DNA of 64,000 nt from Anaeromyxobacteraceae bacterium (GCA_032654565.1 JAULAX010000017.1:672001-736000), one strand, 5' to 3'. Positions 1 to 12,642 are shown, numbered from the stretch's first letter. The notes: generated from the sequence alone by a model not told the origin. Program-made: numbers and translations.

Positions 1-2
1 TC

Positions 3-1286
3 CTAGAACGGCCGGCGCATGGCGGCGGCGAACCCGGACGGCGGGCCGACGGCGTCGACGATCACCTCGGCGCCGACCTCCAGCTCCCCCTCCAGCACCT
101 CGGAGAAGCTGCCGTCGGAGATGCCGGTGCGGACCTTCACCGGCGTCGGGACCCCGCCCTTGAGCACCCAGACGGTGCGCCGGTCGAGCGTCTCCGGGCC
201 GCGCGCCGACGGCTTGCCGCCGGGGCCGCCACCGGCGCCGCCCCCCTCGGGACGGCCGGCCGCGCCCTGCCCCTCGGGGCGGGGGCCGGTCCGGCCTCCA
301 CCGCCGGCGTCCGGGAGCATGCCCGGCGGCGGCTTGAAGCGGAGCGCCGCGTTGGGGACCTTGAGGACGTCGGCCTTCTCGGCGTAGATGAAGGTGACGT
401 TGGCGGTCATCCCCGGCTTGAGCTTCAGGTCGGGGTTGTCGACGTCGATGACGGCGTCGTAGGTGACCACGTTCTGCACGGTCTGGGGCGCGTTGCGGAC
501 CTGGCGGACCAGCCCCTTGAAGGCCTCGGACGGATAGGCGTCGACGGTGAAGGTGGTCTCCATGCCGGCCTTGAGCCGCCCCACGTCGGCCTCGGCGACG
601 CTGGTGTCGACCTGCATCTTGGCCAGGTCCTCGGCGATGACGAAGAGGGTCGGGGCCGAGAGCGAGGCGGCCACGGTCTGGCCCACGTCGACGCTCCGGG
701 AGATGACCACCCCGTTGGTCGGGGAGCGGATGTCGGTGTAGGCGAGGTTGACCTCGGAGGAGTTGAGGGCGGCCCGGGTCTGGGCCACCTGCCCCTCGGC
801 GGCGGCGACGCCGGCCGCCAGGGCGTCGGCGTTGGACTGGGCGGTGTCGGCGTCTGCCTGGGCGATCAGCTTCATCCCGGCCAGCGCCTTGGACCGGTCG
901 GCCTGGCGCTGGGCGTCGACCGCCTGGGCCTTGGCCTTGGCCAGGTTCCCCAGCGCCGCGGCCAGGTTGGCGCGCTGCTGCTCGACGTTGGCCTGGAAGA
1001 GCTGGGGGTCGATCTTGGCGATGAGCTGCCCCTTCTTGACCGGCGAGTTGAAGTCGGCCCGCAGCTCGGCGATGCGGCCGGAGACCTGGCTGCCGACCTG
1101 CACGGTGACCAGCGCCGAGAGGGTCCCGCTGGCCGTCACCTTGGCGACGATGCGGCCGCGGTCCGCCTTGGCGGTCTCCATCTGCGTCTTGGGCTTGCTC
1201 GCGGTGTTGCCGCGCCAGGCCACCACGGCGACGACCAGGGCCGCGGCGGCGGCGGCGAGGAGGACATAGCGGAGACGCTTCGACAT
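3..1286 (-). CDS. Efflux RND/MacA-type periplasmic adaptor (membrane fusion protein)
   Basis: C-terminal 427 aa of ORF 3..3224. ATG at 1286 (MSKRLRYVLLAAAAAALVV, membrane anchor); VGSQVSGRI and IRSPTNGVV lipoyl halves; coiled-coil hairpin; LKPGMTANV motif. Confidence 0.9.
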   Translation of the reverse strand: MSKRLRYVLLAAAAAALVVAVVAWRGNTASKPKTQMETAKADRGRIVAKVTASGTLSALVTVQVGSQVSGRIAELRADFNSPVKKGQLIAKIDPQLFQANVEQQRANLAAALGNLAKAKAQAVDAQRQADRSKALAGMKLIAQADADTAQSNADALAAGVAAAEGQVAQTRAALNSSEVNLAYTDIRSPTNGVVISRSVDVGQTVAASLSAPTLFVIAEDLAKMQVDTSVAEADVGRLKAGMETTFTVDAYPSEAFKGLVRQVRNAPQTVQNVVTYDAVIDVDNPDLKLKPGMTANVTFIYAEKADVLKVPNAALRFKPPPGMLPDAGGGGRTGPRPEGQGAAGRPEGGGAGGGPGGKPSARGPETLDRRTVWVLKGGVPTPVKVRTGISDGSFSEVLEGELEVGAEVIVDAVGPPSGFAAAMRRPF

Positions 1287-1360
1287 GGGTGGGGCTCCGG
1301 CGGGCAGGAGGTGCGCCGGCTTCATAACACCCGGGCGGGGGAAAGGTGTTCCCCTCCCGG

Positions 1361-2983
1361 CTAGACCCCCAGCTTCTTGAAGAAGTCGGTCCCCTTGTCG
1401 TCGACCAGGATGAAGGCCGGGAAGTTGACCACCTCGATCTTCCAGACCGCCTCCATGCCCAGCTCGGCGAAGTCGAGGACCTCCACCTTCTTGATGTTCT
1501 CCTCGGCCAGCACCGCGGCCGGGCCGCCGATGGAGCCGAGGTAGAAGCCCCCGTGCTTCTTGCAGGCGTCGGTGACCTGCTGGGAGCGGTTCCCCTTGGC
1601 GATCATCACCAGCGAGGCGCCGTGCGACTGGAGCAGGTCGACGTAGGAGTCCATGCGGCCGGCGGTGGTCGGGCCGAAGGAGCCGGAGGGCTTGCCCGGC
1701 GGCGTCTTGGCCGGGCCGGCGTAGTAGACCGGGTGGTCCTTGAGGTACTGCGGCACCCCCTTGCCGGCGTCGATCAGCTCCTTGAACCTGGCGTGGGCGA
1801 TGTCGCGGGCCACCACCAGCGTGCCGCTGAGCAGCAGCGGCGTGGAGACCGGGTGCCTGGTGAGCTCGGCCAGGATCTCCTTCATGGGCCGGTTGAGGTC
1901 GATCTTGACGCCGTGCTCGTGCTTGCCGGTCTTGAAGGCGGCGGGGATGAGCCGGCCCGGATCGTGGTCGAGGTCCTCGAGCCAGAGGCCATCCTTGTCG
2001 ATGCGGGCCTTGATGTTCCGGTCGGCCGAGCAGGAGACGCCCATGCCCACCGGGCAGGAGGCGCCGTGGCGCGGCAGCCGCACCACCCGCACGTCGTGGG
2101 AGAAGTACTTGCCGCCGAACTGGGCGCCGATGCCCAGCTTGTTGGCCGCCTCCTGGAGCTTCTGCTCCAGCTCCACGTCGCGGAAGGCCTGGCCGGTGGC
2201 GCCGCCGGCGGTGGGCAGGCCGTCGTAGTACTTGGTCGAGGCCAGCTTCACCGTCTTCAGGCAGGCCTCGGCCGAGGTGCCGCCGATGGCGATGGCGATG
2301 TGGTACGGCGGGCAGGCGGCGGTGCCCAGGTACTTCATCTTGTCGACGAGGAACTTCTCCAGGGTGGCCGGGTTGAGCAGCGCCTTGGTCTCCTGCCAGA
2401 GCATGGTCTTGTTGGCCGACCCGCCGCCCTTGGCCACGAAGAGGAACTTGTACTCGGCGCCGGGCGTGGCGTAGAGGTCGACCTGGGCCGGCAGGTTGTC
2501 GCCGGTGTTCTTCTCCTCGAACATGGTCAGGGCGCTGGTCTGGGAGTAGCGCAGGTTCTGGTTCTGGTAGGTCTCCCAGATCCCCTGGCTGATGAACTCC
2601 TCGTCCTTGACGCCGGTCCAGACCCCCTGCCCCTTCTTCCCCATCACCGTGGCGGTGCCGGTGTCCTGGCAGATGGGCAGCTCGCCGCGGGCGGCGATCT
2701 CGGCGTTGCGCAGGAAGGCCAGGGCCACGCCCTTGTCGTTCTGCGAGGCCTCCGGGTCGGAGAGGATCTTGGCCACCTGCTCGTTGTGCGCCTTGCGCAG
2801 GAAGAACTGGCACTCGCGCATGGCCTCGCGGGCCAGGGTGGTGAGCGCCGCCGGCGTCACCTTGAGGACCGGCTGCCCCTCGAAGGAGCCGATCGAGACC
2901 CCCTCGCGGCCGATGAGCCGGTAGGCGGTCTCGTCGTGCGCGAGCGGGAACGGGTCGGAGTACTTGAACGCGGGCGTCGCCAT
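1361..2983 (-). CDS. fumA: Class I (Fe-S) fumarate hydratase
   Basis: Motifs [44 protein letters not shown] at 2983 with GGAG upstream. Confidence 0.95.
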   Translation of the reverse strand: MATPAFKYSDPFPLAHDETAYRLIGREGVSIGSFEGQPVLKVTPAALTTLAREAMRECQFFLRKAHNEQVAKILSDPEASQNDKGVALAFLRNAEIAARGELPICQDTGTATVMGKKGQGVWTGVKDEEFISQGIWETYQNQNLRYSQTSALTMFEEKNTGDNLPAQVDLYATPGAEYKFLFVAKGGGSANKTMLWQETKALLNPATLEKFLVDKMKYLGTAACPPYHIAIAIGGTSAEACLKTVKLASTKYYDGLPTAGGATGQAFRDVELEQKLQEAANKLGIGAQFGGKYFSHDVRVVRLPRHGASCPVGMGVSCSADRNIKARIDKDGLWLEDLDHDPGRLIPAAFKTGKHEHGVKIDLNRPMKEILAELTRHPVSTPLLLSGTLVVARDIAHARFKELIDAGKGVPQYLKDHPVYYAGPAKTPPGKPSGSFGPTTAGRMDSYVDLLQSHGASLVMIAKGNRSQQVTDACKKHGGFYLGSIGGPAAVLAEENIKKVEVLDFAELGMEAVWKIEVVNFPAFILVDDKGTDFFKKLGV

Positions 2984-3162
2984 GGCGGGCGTCTCCTCTT
3001 GGGGGTCGATGAGGTCCGGGTGCGGCTGCGGGACGGTGATGAAAGCACGCCGGCGCGCCGCCCGTCCACGCCTCCCTGAACGGTGAAACCGGAGCGGACA
3101 GGTCCAGTCTGCGCGGCGCCTTGTCGCTGGTAGGATGGGCGCTCCACATCCCACGAGGGCGC

Positions 3163-3486
3163 ATGGCCAAGCCGAAGATCGACGAGCTGGTGAAGGGCAC
3201 GGGACCGGAGGCGATCCGCGGCAAGACGGTGAGCGTCCACTACACCGGCTGGCTCACCGACGGGACGAAGTTCGACTCCTCGGTGGGTGGCGAGCCCTTC
3301 TCCTTCAGGCTGGGGGCCGGCGAGGTGATCGAGGGCTGGGACCGCGGCGTGGCCGGCATGAAGGTGGGCGGGAAGCGCAAGCTGACGCTGGCGCCGGAGC
3401 TGGGCTACGGGGCCGCCGGCGCGCCGCCGGACATCCCGCCCAACGCCACGCTGGTGTTCGAGGTGGAGCTGCTCGGCGTCACCTGA
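3163..3486 (+). CDS. FKBP-type peptidyl-prolyl cis-trans isomerase
   Basis: Motifs [40 protein letters not shown]. Confidence 0.95.
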   Translation: MAKPKIDELVKGTGPEAIRGKTVSVHYTGWLTDGTKFDSSVGGEPFSFRLGAGEVIEGWDRGVAGMKVGGKRKLTLAPELGYGAAGAPPDIPPNATLVFEVELLGVT

Positions 3487-3689
3487 GCGCCCGGGGAGCG
3501 CCCGCCTGGCCTCGGCTGCTGGCCGCGTGACCGGCGGGTGGGACCAGCACGCACACCGCCCGCCATCACCCTCTCACCGGGAGTCACTCGAACGTGGGCT
3601 TCCGCTGGCCGGCGCGAAGGTGGAGGCTTCGACCCGGCTGTATTCGCGAGGAGCGCGCTCCGCGCCCCTCCTCGGCCCCAGGGGTCCTC

Positions 3690-4400
3690 ATGAAGATCGC
3701 TGCCCTCCTCCTCGCCACGGCGCTGGTGCCGTTCACCGCCGTCGCCCAGGCCGTCGCTCCGGACCTCGCCGGGCCGCCACCTTCCGCGCCGGCGCCCGCC
3801 GCTGCCCCCCCGGCCGTCCAGCCGCCCGCCCCGCCTCCCGCTCCCCCTCCGCCTGCACCCACGGTGGCCACGCCCGCCCCGCCGGTCCCGCCGGCACCGG
3901 CCGCTCGGCCCCGGAGCAACTTCTACGGAGGGTTCTCCTTCGGGACCGGGCAAGGGAACGTCACCGCCAACGGCACCACCACCGCGGTCAGCGACCTCGT
4001 CCCCGGCTCGTCGCCCACCACCCTGGCCCTGATGCTCCGCGGCGGCATGGTGAGCGACGACCTGCGCTACGGGATGCAGCTCAACCTGGTGCGGAGCCAG
4101 TGGAGCTCCGGCGGCGTCACCTCGGCGATGCAGCTCACCGGCTTCGACCTGGTGATGACCTGGATGCCCCGGGACGGCGGGGTCTACCTGCGCCTCGGCG
4201 TCGGCCCGGCCAAGCTCAGCTTCGAGGGCAGCGGCTCGACCACCGAGTCCTACGGCGGGGTCGAGGCGATGTTCGGGCTCGGGCTCAGCAGCGGCGGGTT
4301 CGGCGTGGGGATCGACTACATCCGCCAGACCTACGACAACGGGGCGCCCATCGACAGCGCCGCCTACTTCCTCGCCATCCTCTCGTTCGACCTGGACTGA
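3690..4400 (+). CDS. Exported protein with Pro/Ala-rich linker and probable outer-membrane beta-barrel
   Basis: Signal peptide MKIAALLLATALVPFTAVAQA, Pro-rich linker, then Gly/aromatic amphipathic beta-strands. Confidence 0.65.
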   Translation: MKIAALLLATALVPFTAVAQAVAPDLAGPPPSAPAPAAAPPAVQPPAPPPAPPPPAPTVATPAPPVPPAPAARPRSNFYGGFSFGTGQGNVTANGTTTAVSDLVPGSSPTTLALMLRGGMVSDDLRYGMQLNLVRSQWSSGGVTSAMQLTGFDLVMTWMPRDGGVYLRLGVGPAKLSFEGSGSTTESYGGVEAMFGLGLSSGGFGVGIDYIRQTYDNGAPIDSAAYFLAILSFDLD

Positions 4401-4543
4401 AGGCGCCGCCGGGATCGCGCGGCGGAGGACCTGACCGCCGACTTGAGGCGCTGAACCGCTGGGCCAGGACTGGAAATGGAGCGCCCGCTACCCGGAGATG
4501 GGAATGCGGGCCGCCTCAGATGTAGGAGACGCTTTCGAGTCTT

Positions 4544-4575
4544 GCGTCGGGGCTGCTAGAAGCCAGCCCCGACGC
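4544..4575. terminator. Perfect 12-bp stem-loop between convergent genes
   Basis: GCGTCGGGGCTG (4544-4555) pairs with CAGCCCCGACGC (4564-4575), just beyond the pepD stop. No clear U-tract. Confidence 0.5.
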
Positions 4576-4577
4576 GA

Positions 4578-6026
4578 TTAAATCTTCTCCAGGATGGCCC
4601 GGAGCAGCTTCCAGAAGTTGGCCACCGAGGGGATGGAGACGTGCTCGTCGGGGGTGTGGACGTCCCACATGTTGGGGCCGATGGAGGCCATCTCCACCGC
4701 GGCGTAGTTCTCGCGGATCAGGCCGCACTCCAGCCCGGCGTGGATGGCCTTGACCTCCATGGCCTTGCCGAACACCTCGGCGTGGACCTGCTGGATGAGC
4801 TTGACCACGCCGGAGCCCGGCTCCGGCTTCCAGCCCGGGTAGCCGTTGGAGTCGCGGGCCTCGAAGCCGCAGATGGCGGCGATGGCGCCGATGCGGGCGG
4901 CCAGCGCGTACTTGGAGGCGTCGATGGAGCTCCTCGAGAGGAAGTTCACCTCCACCTCGCCGGCCCGGGTCTCGACCAGCCCCATGTTGGTGGAGGTCTG
5001 CACCAGCCCCTTGATGTCCGGGCTCATGGCCTCGACGCCGTGCGGCCCGGCCAGCAGCAGCCCGACCACGGCGCGGGCGTCGGCGGCCGACATGGCCCAC
5101 TCGGCGCTCCCCGCCTCGATGGAGAGGGCCACGCCGGGGTCGAAGGCGCCGAAGGCGGCCTTCCACTCGGCGTCCAGGCGGGCCACGTCGGCCTTGAGGC
5201 CGGCCTCGTCGCGCGGGTCGGCGAAGAAGACCGCCGAGGCCTCGCGGGCGATGGCGTTGCGCTTGTTGCCGCCGGTCACCGAGGCCAGCCCCAGCGGGTA
5301 GCGGGCCATGAGCCGGTCCAGCGCCTGGGCCAGCAGCCGCAGCGAGTTGGCCCGCCCGGCGCCGATGTCGATGCCGGAGTGGCCGCCCTTGCAGCCCGAG
5401 ACCTTGAGCCGCAGCGAGGTGGTGCCGGCCCGCGGCGCCGCGGGTGAGAGCCGGCGGGTGCAGGTGGTGTCGATGCCGCCGGCGCAGCCGATGGTCAGCT
5501 CCCCCTCCTCCTCGCTGTCGAGGTTGATCATCATCGAGGCCTTGAACCAGCCGCCGGCCAGCCCCTTGGCGCCGGTCATGCCGGTCTCCTCGTCGATGGT
5601 GACCAGCACCTCGAGCGGCCCGTGCTTCAGGTCGGGGTCGGCCAGCACCGCCAGCGCCGTGGCCACGCCGATGCCGTTGTCGGCCCCCAGGGTGGTGCCG
5701 GTGGCCCGCAGCACGTCCCCGTCGCGGCGGACCTTGATGGCGTCCTTGGAGAAGTCGTGGGCCGTCCCCTCGTTCTTCTCGCAGACCATGTCGACGTGGG
5801 CCTGCAGCACCACGGCGGGGTGCCCCTCGCGGCCCGGCGAGGCGGCCTTGCGGATGAGGATGTTGCCCACCTTGTCCTGCTCCACCTGGCAGCCCAGCGC
5901 CTTGGCCTGGGCCATCACCCAGGCGGCGGCGGCCGCCTCCTGCTTGGAGGCGCGGGGAATCTTCGAGAGCTCGAGGAAGTACCGCCACAGGGGCTTGGGC
6001 TCGAGGTTGGCGAGGAGATCGGTCAC
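4578..6026 (-). CDS. pepD: Aminoacyl-histidine dipeptidase (M20 family)
   Basis: Motifs LQAHVDMVCEK, TTLGADNGIG, DEETGM, NLDSEEEG, GGHSG, IHAGLECG, HTPDE. Confidence 0.93.
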   Translation of the reverse strand: MTDLLANLEPKPLWRYFLELSKIPRASKQEAAAAAWVMAQAKALGCQVEQDKVGNILIRKAASPGREGHPAVVLQAHVDMVCEKNEGTAHDFSKDAIKVRRDGDVLRATGTTLGADNGIGVATALAVLADPDLKHGPLEVLVTIDEETGMTGAKGLAGGWFKASMMINLDSEEEGELTIGCAGGIDTTCTRRLSPAAPRAGTTSLRLKVSGCKGGHSGIDIGAGRANSLRLLAQALDRLMARYPLGLASVTGGNKRNAIAREASAVFFADPRDEAGLKADVARLDAEWKAAFGAFDPGVALSIEAGSAEWAMSAADARAVVGLLLAGPHGVEAMSPDIKGLVQTSTNMGLVETRAGEVEVNFLSRSSIDASKYALAARIGAIAAICGFEARDSNGYPGWKPEPGSGVVKLIQQVHAEVFGKAMEVKAIHAGLECGLIRENYAAVEMASIGPNMWDVHTPDEHVSIPSVANFWKLLRAILEKI

Positions 6027-6066
6027 GTGCGGCCTCCGGCGGAGCGGAACGGCGTGGAAGGGGCGA

Positions 6067-7539
6067 CTACTTGACGGGGACGGCCGGGAGCGGCGCCGGG
6101 ACCGGGTCGCCGGCGGGGGCCGCCGCGGTCTTCTTCACCGCCAGCAGCAGGAAGGTGTCGCTGGGGCGGCGGTACCCGATGATGAAGGGGAGCGGCTTGA
6201 GGGGCAGCTCGGCGCAGGCCTTGTCGAGGTCCTTCTGGTACTGCTTCTCGAAGGGATCGCGCGGCGCCATGTACTTGCCGAAGCAGGTGAAGTCCCACTC
6301 CCCCTTGCCGAAGGCGCGGTAGGGGATCCCCGAGTCGTCCTCGATCACCGCGGCGCTGGCCTCGAGCAGCAGGGCCCGCGGCCGGGAGAAGGCGTTGTCG
6401 TGGAGGATGAAGGAGGCGGCCTTGAGGAAGCTGTTGGCCGGGCCGAAGGAGCGGGCCCAGGCGAGGAAGCCGGGCTGCTTGTCCAGCTCGTCGTTGATCA
6501 GGTTGACGCGCACGTAGACCATCTCCTGTGACGCCTTCCCGGCGAAGTGGAACCTCACCTTCACGCCCGGGACGCCCGGGCCCCACTTCTGCCCGGCCGC
6601 CTTCTCGACGGCCACGCCCTTCTGGTCCACCTCGAAGAAGCCGGTGGCGTCGATGGTGGCGCCGGAGCGGGAGAGCATCAGGTAGAGCTCGGGCAGCACG
6701 CCCTTGATCCCGTGCCCCTGCAGGTCCTTCCCCATCTCGGTGGTGCGGAAGAAGCTCTTGGCCACGAAGGTGCGCAGGCTGTTGGAGAGGCCGTCGATGG
6801 CGGCGTGGATCTGGCCGAACTTCATCTTCTCCGGCGCCTCGACCACCCCGACCGGCTCCAGGCCGGCCAGCAGGTAGACCGGCGCCTCGGGGAACAGCCG
6901 GACGGCGTGGACGGCGTCGGGGCCGCCGAAGAAGTAGATGAGGTTGCGGTTGCCCTGGAGGCGCGGGGCCAGCTCGGCCTGCTGCCAGGCGGTGGCCCGG
7001 TCGAGCCGGTCGCTCAGCTTCTTCCACTCCACGTTCATGAGGTTGACGTGGTCCCGGTAGTCGGAGGTGGCCTGCCAGGCGGCCAGCGGCGAGCCGGCCG
7101 AGACCGGCAGGCCGGCCAGGAACCTGGCCTGGTCGTCGAGCGTCGAGTCGGTCGCCGGGGCGGCGGCCACGGTCGTGGCCGGCGCCGCCGGTGCGCCGGG
7201 GATCGCCACGTGGGGCGCTGCCGGGGCGGTGATCGCGGCCGGTGGCTCGGCCGGGGCCGTGGCCGGGGCCTGGGCCGCGACCGGGGCCGGGGTCACCGCC
7301 GGGGTCACCGCCGGGGTCACCGCCGGGGTCACCGCCGGGGTCACCGCCGGGGTCACCGCCGGGGCCGGCGCCGCGGCCGGTGCAGGGACGGCCAGCGGGG
7401 CCGGGGCCGGAGTCGCGGCGGGCGAAACCGCCGCGACGACGGCCGCGGGCGCCGGATCGGCGGCCGAGGCGGAGAGGGCCATCAGGCCGGCGAGGAGCGC
7501 GCCGAGGAGGCGCGAGGGGGTGGTGACCGGCTGGGGCAT
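6067..7539 (-). CDS. Exported hypothetical protein with Pro/Ala-rich N-terminal linker
   Basis: Signal-peptide-like segment, (AVTP)6 repeat, then a globular domain (YFFGGPD, LAGLEPVG, FLKAASFILH). Function not recognised. Confidence 0.75.
   Translation of the reverse strand: MPQPVTTPSRLLGALLAGLMALSASAADPAPAAVVAAVSPAATPAPAPLAVPAPAAAPAPAVTPAVTPAVTPAVTPAVTPAVTPAPVAAQAPATAPAEPPAAITAPAAPHVAIPGAPAAPATTVAAAPATDSTLDDQARFLAGLPVSAGSPLAAWQATSDYRDHVNLMNVEWKKLSDRLDRATAWQQAELAPRLQGNRNLIYFFGGPDAVHAVRLFPEAPVYLLAGLEPVGVVEAPEKMKFGQIHAAIDGLSNSLRTFVAKSFFRTTEMGKDLQGHGIKGVLPELYLMLSRSGATIDATGFFEVDQKGVAVEKAAGQKWGPGVPGVKVRFHFAGKASQEMVYVRVNLINDELDKQPGFLAWARSFGPANSFLKAASFILHDNAFSRPRALLLEASAAVIEDDSGIPYRAFGKGEWDFTCFGKYMAPRDPFEKQYQKDLDKACAELPLKPLPFIIGYRRPSDTFLLLAVKKTAAAPAGDPVPAPLPAVPVK
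7289..7360. repeat. Perfect tandem repeat (GGGGTCACCGCC)x6, encodes AVTP x6
   Basis: Six exact 12-bp units read directly from the sequence. Confidence 0.95.
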
Positions 7540-7657
7540 GTCGTCGATTCTCCGGGACGCCGGCGGGGGGGCGGGCGTGGTGGTTTTGAGGCGGCGCACC
7601 ATACAACATCCGGCGAACATTGCGATTCCGCGAAAGAGGGAGGGCCGTCGGGGGTCG

Positions 7658-8977
7658 TCAGCGCCCCGCCGCCGAAGCCCGGACCGCCCAGGCGTCGATG
7701 GCCGCCCCCAGCCGGGCCAGCCGCTGGCTGGCGCAGACCGACACCTCGTCGCAGGGGTGGCGCGGTGACGCCGCCCGCTCCGGGTCGACCCAGCGGGTCC
7801 CGGCGCTGGAGATCATGGCGACCACGTAACGCCGGTAGGGCTTGCCCGGCAGCGGCTCCACCAGCCCGGCGTCGGCGGCGTAGTTCCAGGTCAAGCCGGT
7901 CTTGTGGAGGAAGCGCACCTCGGCGGCGGCGTTGCACGGCCGCACGTCGCGCCCGTACTCGGTCTCTCCGACCACCTCGCCGCCGGTCTCGACGTCGAGG
8001 AAGTGGACCGGGACCGCCGCCGGGATGCCGGCCGACGCCGCCCCGCAGGTCGACCCGGTGGAGAGGATCTCGTGGCGCCCCTGGTAGGCCAGCACGCGCT
8101 TCAGCCTGGCCCGGGCCGACTCGGGCAGGGTCTCGCGCACCACCGCCCGCCCCGCCGGCGTGCGCCAGAGCACCCCGGGCCCCCCGGCCACCAGCCAGAG
8201 CAGCCGCGCCATGTCCATGGCGGTGGCGTGGATCTCCCCGGGCGCCCAGCGGGTGCCGTCGGCCGGCAGCGTCCCGTCGATGCGCAGCGTCGAGAGCCCC
8301 AGGCCGGCCAGCTCGGCGTGCAGCAGGTCCATCTCGCCGCGGACGTGGAGGAAGCGCAGCAGCGCCTTGGTGGCCCGGTTGTCCGACTCGGTGACCATCA
8401 GCTCCAGCCACTCGTCCACGGTGCGCCACTCGGCCCCGGGGGCGGGCCCCTCCGGCACCTCCGCGGAGAGCGCGATCGCGCCCAGCGCCGACTGCCGCTC
8501 GATGTGGAAGGCCAGCATCAGCTTGAAGAGGCTGGCCGGGTACGGGGCCATGAAGTCGCGGCCGGCGCCCCCCCGATCCGGGGCCAGGTCATCACCATCC
8601 GTGAATGGCGGGGCGCGCGGGCCCAGGTCGGCCCGCTCCGGGCTCCAGCGGCGGAAGCGCACGTCGGCGGCGGCCAGGTTGGCGTCGAGCAGCACCACCC
8701 GCCCCCGCGGCGAGCCCCAGTCCACCTGCACGTTGGCCGCCTCGAGCGCCCGCCCCTGCTCGTCGAGCCGGATCACCGCCAGGTCGAGCCAGGGCGGGAC
8801 GGCGGCCCGGCGCAGCGGGATGGGGCAGCCGCGCCCCCCGGGGCAGCGCCCCTCCTCCGGCCCGGCGTCGACCAGCTCGTCGAGCCCGGCCTCGTCGAGG
8901 GTGAGCAGCAGCGCCTCGGCCAGCGTGGTGGGCGGGGGGCGGGGGGCCGTGGCGGACGCCTTCACCGGCGCCTTCAC
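7658..8977 (-). CDS. Serine hydrolase, class A beta-lactamase-like fold. Signal peptide (GTG at 9101) appears frameshifted.
   Basis: SxxK (ASLFK), SDN and HKTG motifs in the canonical order. Confidence 0.8.
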   Translation of the reverse strand: MKAPVKASATAPRPPPTTLAEALLLTLDEAGLDELVDAGPEEGRCPGGRGCPIPLRRAAVPPWLDLAVIRLDEQGRALEAANVQVDWGSPRGRVVLLDANLAAADVRFRRWSPERADLGPRAPPFTDGDDLAPDRGGAGRDFMAPYPASLFKLMLAFHIERQSALGAIALSAEVPEGPAPGAEWRTVDEWLELMVTESDNRATKALLRFLHVRGEMDLLHAELAGLGLSTLRIDGTLPADGTRWAPGEIHATAMDMARLLWLVAGGPGVLWRTPAGRAVVRETLPESARARLKRVLAYQGRHEILSTGSTCGAASAGIPAAVPVHFLDVETGGEVVGETEYGRDVRPCNAAAEVRFLHKTGLTWNYAADAGLVEPLPGKPYRRYVVAMISSAGTRWVDPERAASPRHPCDEVSVCASQRLARLGAAIDAWAVRASAAGR

Positions 8978-9108
8978 CGGCGCCTTGGGCCGGAGCCCTC
9001 CCCGGGACCCTGGCGGGCGCCGCGGCGCTCCCCTTCACCGGCGGGGACGGTGCCGGCCCGGTCACCGCCAGGGCGAGCGCGAGGCAGAGGCTGGCGCTCA
9101 CCGGTCGG

Positions 9109-9594
9109 TCACCCCTTCAGCAGCTTCTCGATGTCGGCCTCGAGCTTCTCGGGCGCGGTGGCCGGGGCGAAGCGGTCCACCACCCGCCCCTCCCGATCGA
9201 CGAGGAACTTGGTGAAGTTCCACTTGATGGCCTGCCCCAGCAGCCCGGGCGCCGCCTTCTTGAGGTGGACGAAGACCGGGTGGGTCCCGTCGCCGTTGAC
9301 CTCGACCTTCTTGAAGAGCGGGAAGGTGACGCCGAAGTTGCGCTCGCAGAAGGTGGCGATCTCGGCGTCGTCGCCGGGCTCCTGGTGGCCGAACTGGTCG
9401 CAGGGGAAGCCGAGGATCTCCAGCCCCTCGGCGCGGTGGCGCTGGTAGAGCGCCTGCAGCCCCTGGTACTGGGGCGTGAACCCGCACTGGCTGGCGGTGT
9501 TGACCACCAGCAGCACCTTCCCCTTGTAGGCGGAGAACGGCTGCTCCTTCCCGTCGTTGCGGGTGGCGGTCAGGTCGTGGATGGTCTCGGGCAT
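9109..9594 (-). CDS. Glutathione peroxidase family protein (Cys type)
   Basis: Motifs NTASQCGFTPQY, GFPCDQFG, IKWNFTKFLVD. Confidence 0.95.
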   Translation of the reverse strand: MPETIHDLTATRNDGKEQPFSAYKGKVLLVVNTASQCGFTPQYQGLQALYQRHRAEGLEILGFPCDQFGHQEPGDDAEIATFCERNFGVTFPLFKKVEVNGDGTHPVFVHLKKAAPGLLGQAIKWNFTKFLVDREGRVVDRFAPATAPEKLEADIEKLLKG

Positions 9595-9694
9595 GTGGGC
9601 GGCTCCTTGGGCAAGGTCCTAACCGCCGGCGGCGCGCCGCGCCATGGGCCAGCCGGGGCGTGCGGCGGCGGGCCGGGCGACGGGGCGGGGCCGG

Positions 9695-10141
9695 CTAGCC
9701 CGGCGGCAGCAGCACCTTGTGCATGCGCACGTGGGGGACGCCCTCCTCCTTGAAGACCTCCCCCTCCTGCTGGTAGCCGCGCCGCTCGAAGAACTTCACC
9801 GAGGGGAGCTGGGCGTGGAGCACCACCTCGAGGATGCCGCGCAGCACCGCCATCCGCTCCAGCGCGTCGATCACCAGGGCGCCGACGCCGTGGCGCCGGT
9901 GGCCGGCCGCCACCGCCATGCGCCCCACCTGGACCACCCGGTTGTCGCGCCGCACGAAGCGGCCGGTCCCCACGCAGCGCCCCTGCTCGTCGAAGGCGAC
10001 CACGTGGTTGGCCTGGTGATCGAGGGCGTCGCGGTCGAGCGGGCGCGGGACGTTCTGCTCCACCTCGAAGACCTCGCGCCGGAGCGCGTAGGCCGCCTCC
10101 CGATCGGCCTCGGAGGACGCGTAGCGGACGGAGTAGGTCAT
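9695..10141 (-). CDS. GNAT family N-acetyltransferase (ElaA/YjcF-like)
   Basis: Motifs LRREVFEVEQNVP, VGRMAV..HRRHGVG, LHAQ..FFERRGY, PHVRM. Confidence 0.9.
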   Translation of the reverse strand: MTYSVRYASSEADREAAYALRREVFEVEQNVPRPLDRDALDHQANHVVAFDEQGRCVGTGRFVRRDNRVVQVGRMAVAAGHRRHGVGALVIDALERMAVLRGILEVVLHAQLPSVKFFERRGYQQEGEVFKEEGVPHVRMHKVLLPPG

Positions 10142-10251
10142 GCCCCATTCCTAGCCGAACCGGCCCCCCCGGCGCCACTCGGCGGCCGCGCCCCGGGGCC
10201 GGGCCGGGCGGGAGGTTGCCTGCGGGCGGGGTCTACGCTACCACCGCGGGC

Positions 10252-12564
<2,313 letters not shown>

Positions 12565-12642
12565 GAGCGGCTCGCACCCACCCCCCGGTCCCGGCGGGGC
12601 CTCCCCCTCCCCGGCGAGGTGCGGTGTGGTAGGGGTCGGGAG

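Noticed and set aside
3..3224. 1073-aa fusion ORF
   Set aside because: Its N-terminal part is an off-frame reading of the fumarase gene. The real adaptor gene starts at 1286.
7658..8977. Bona fide antibiotic-resistance beta-lactamase
   Set aside because: The motifs show the fold only; large insertions and no clear class A omega-loop Glu motif prevent a functional call.
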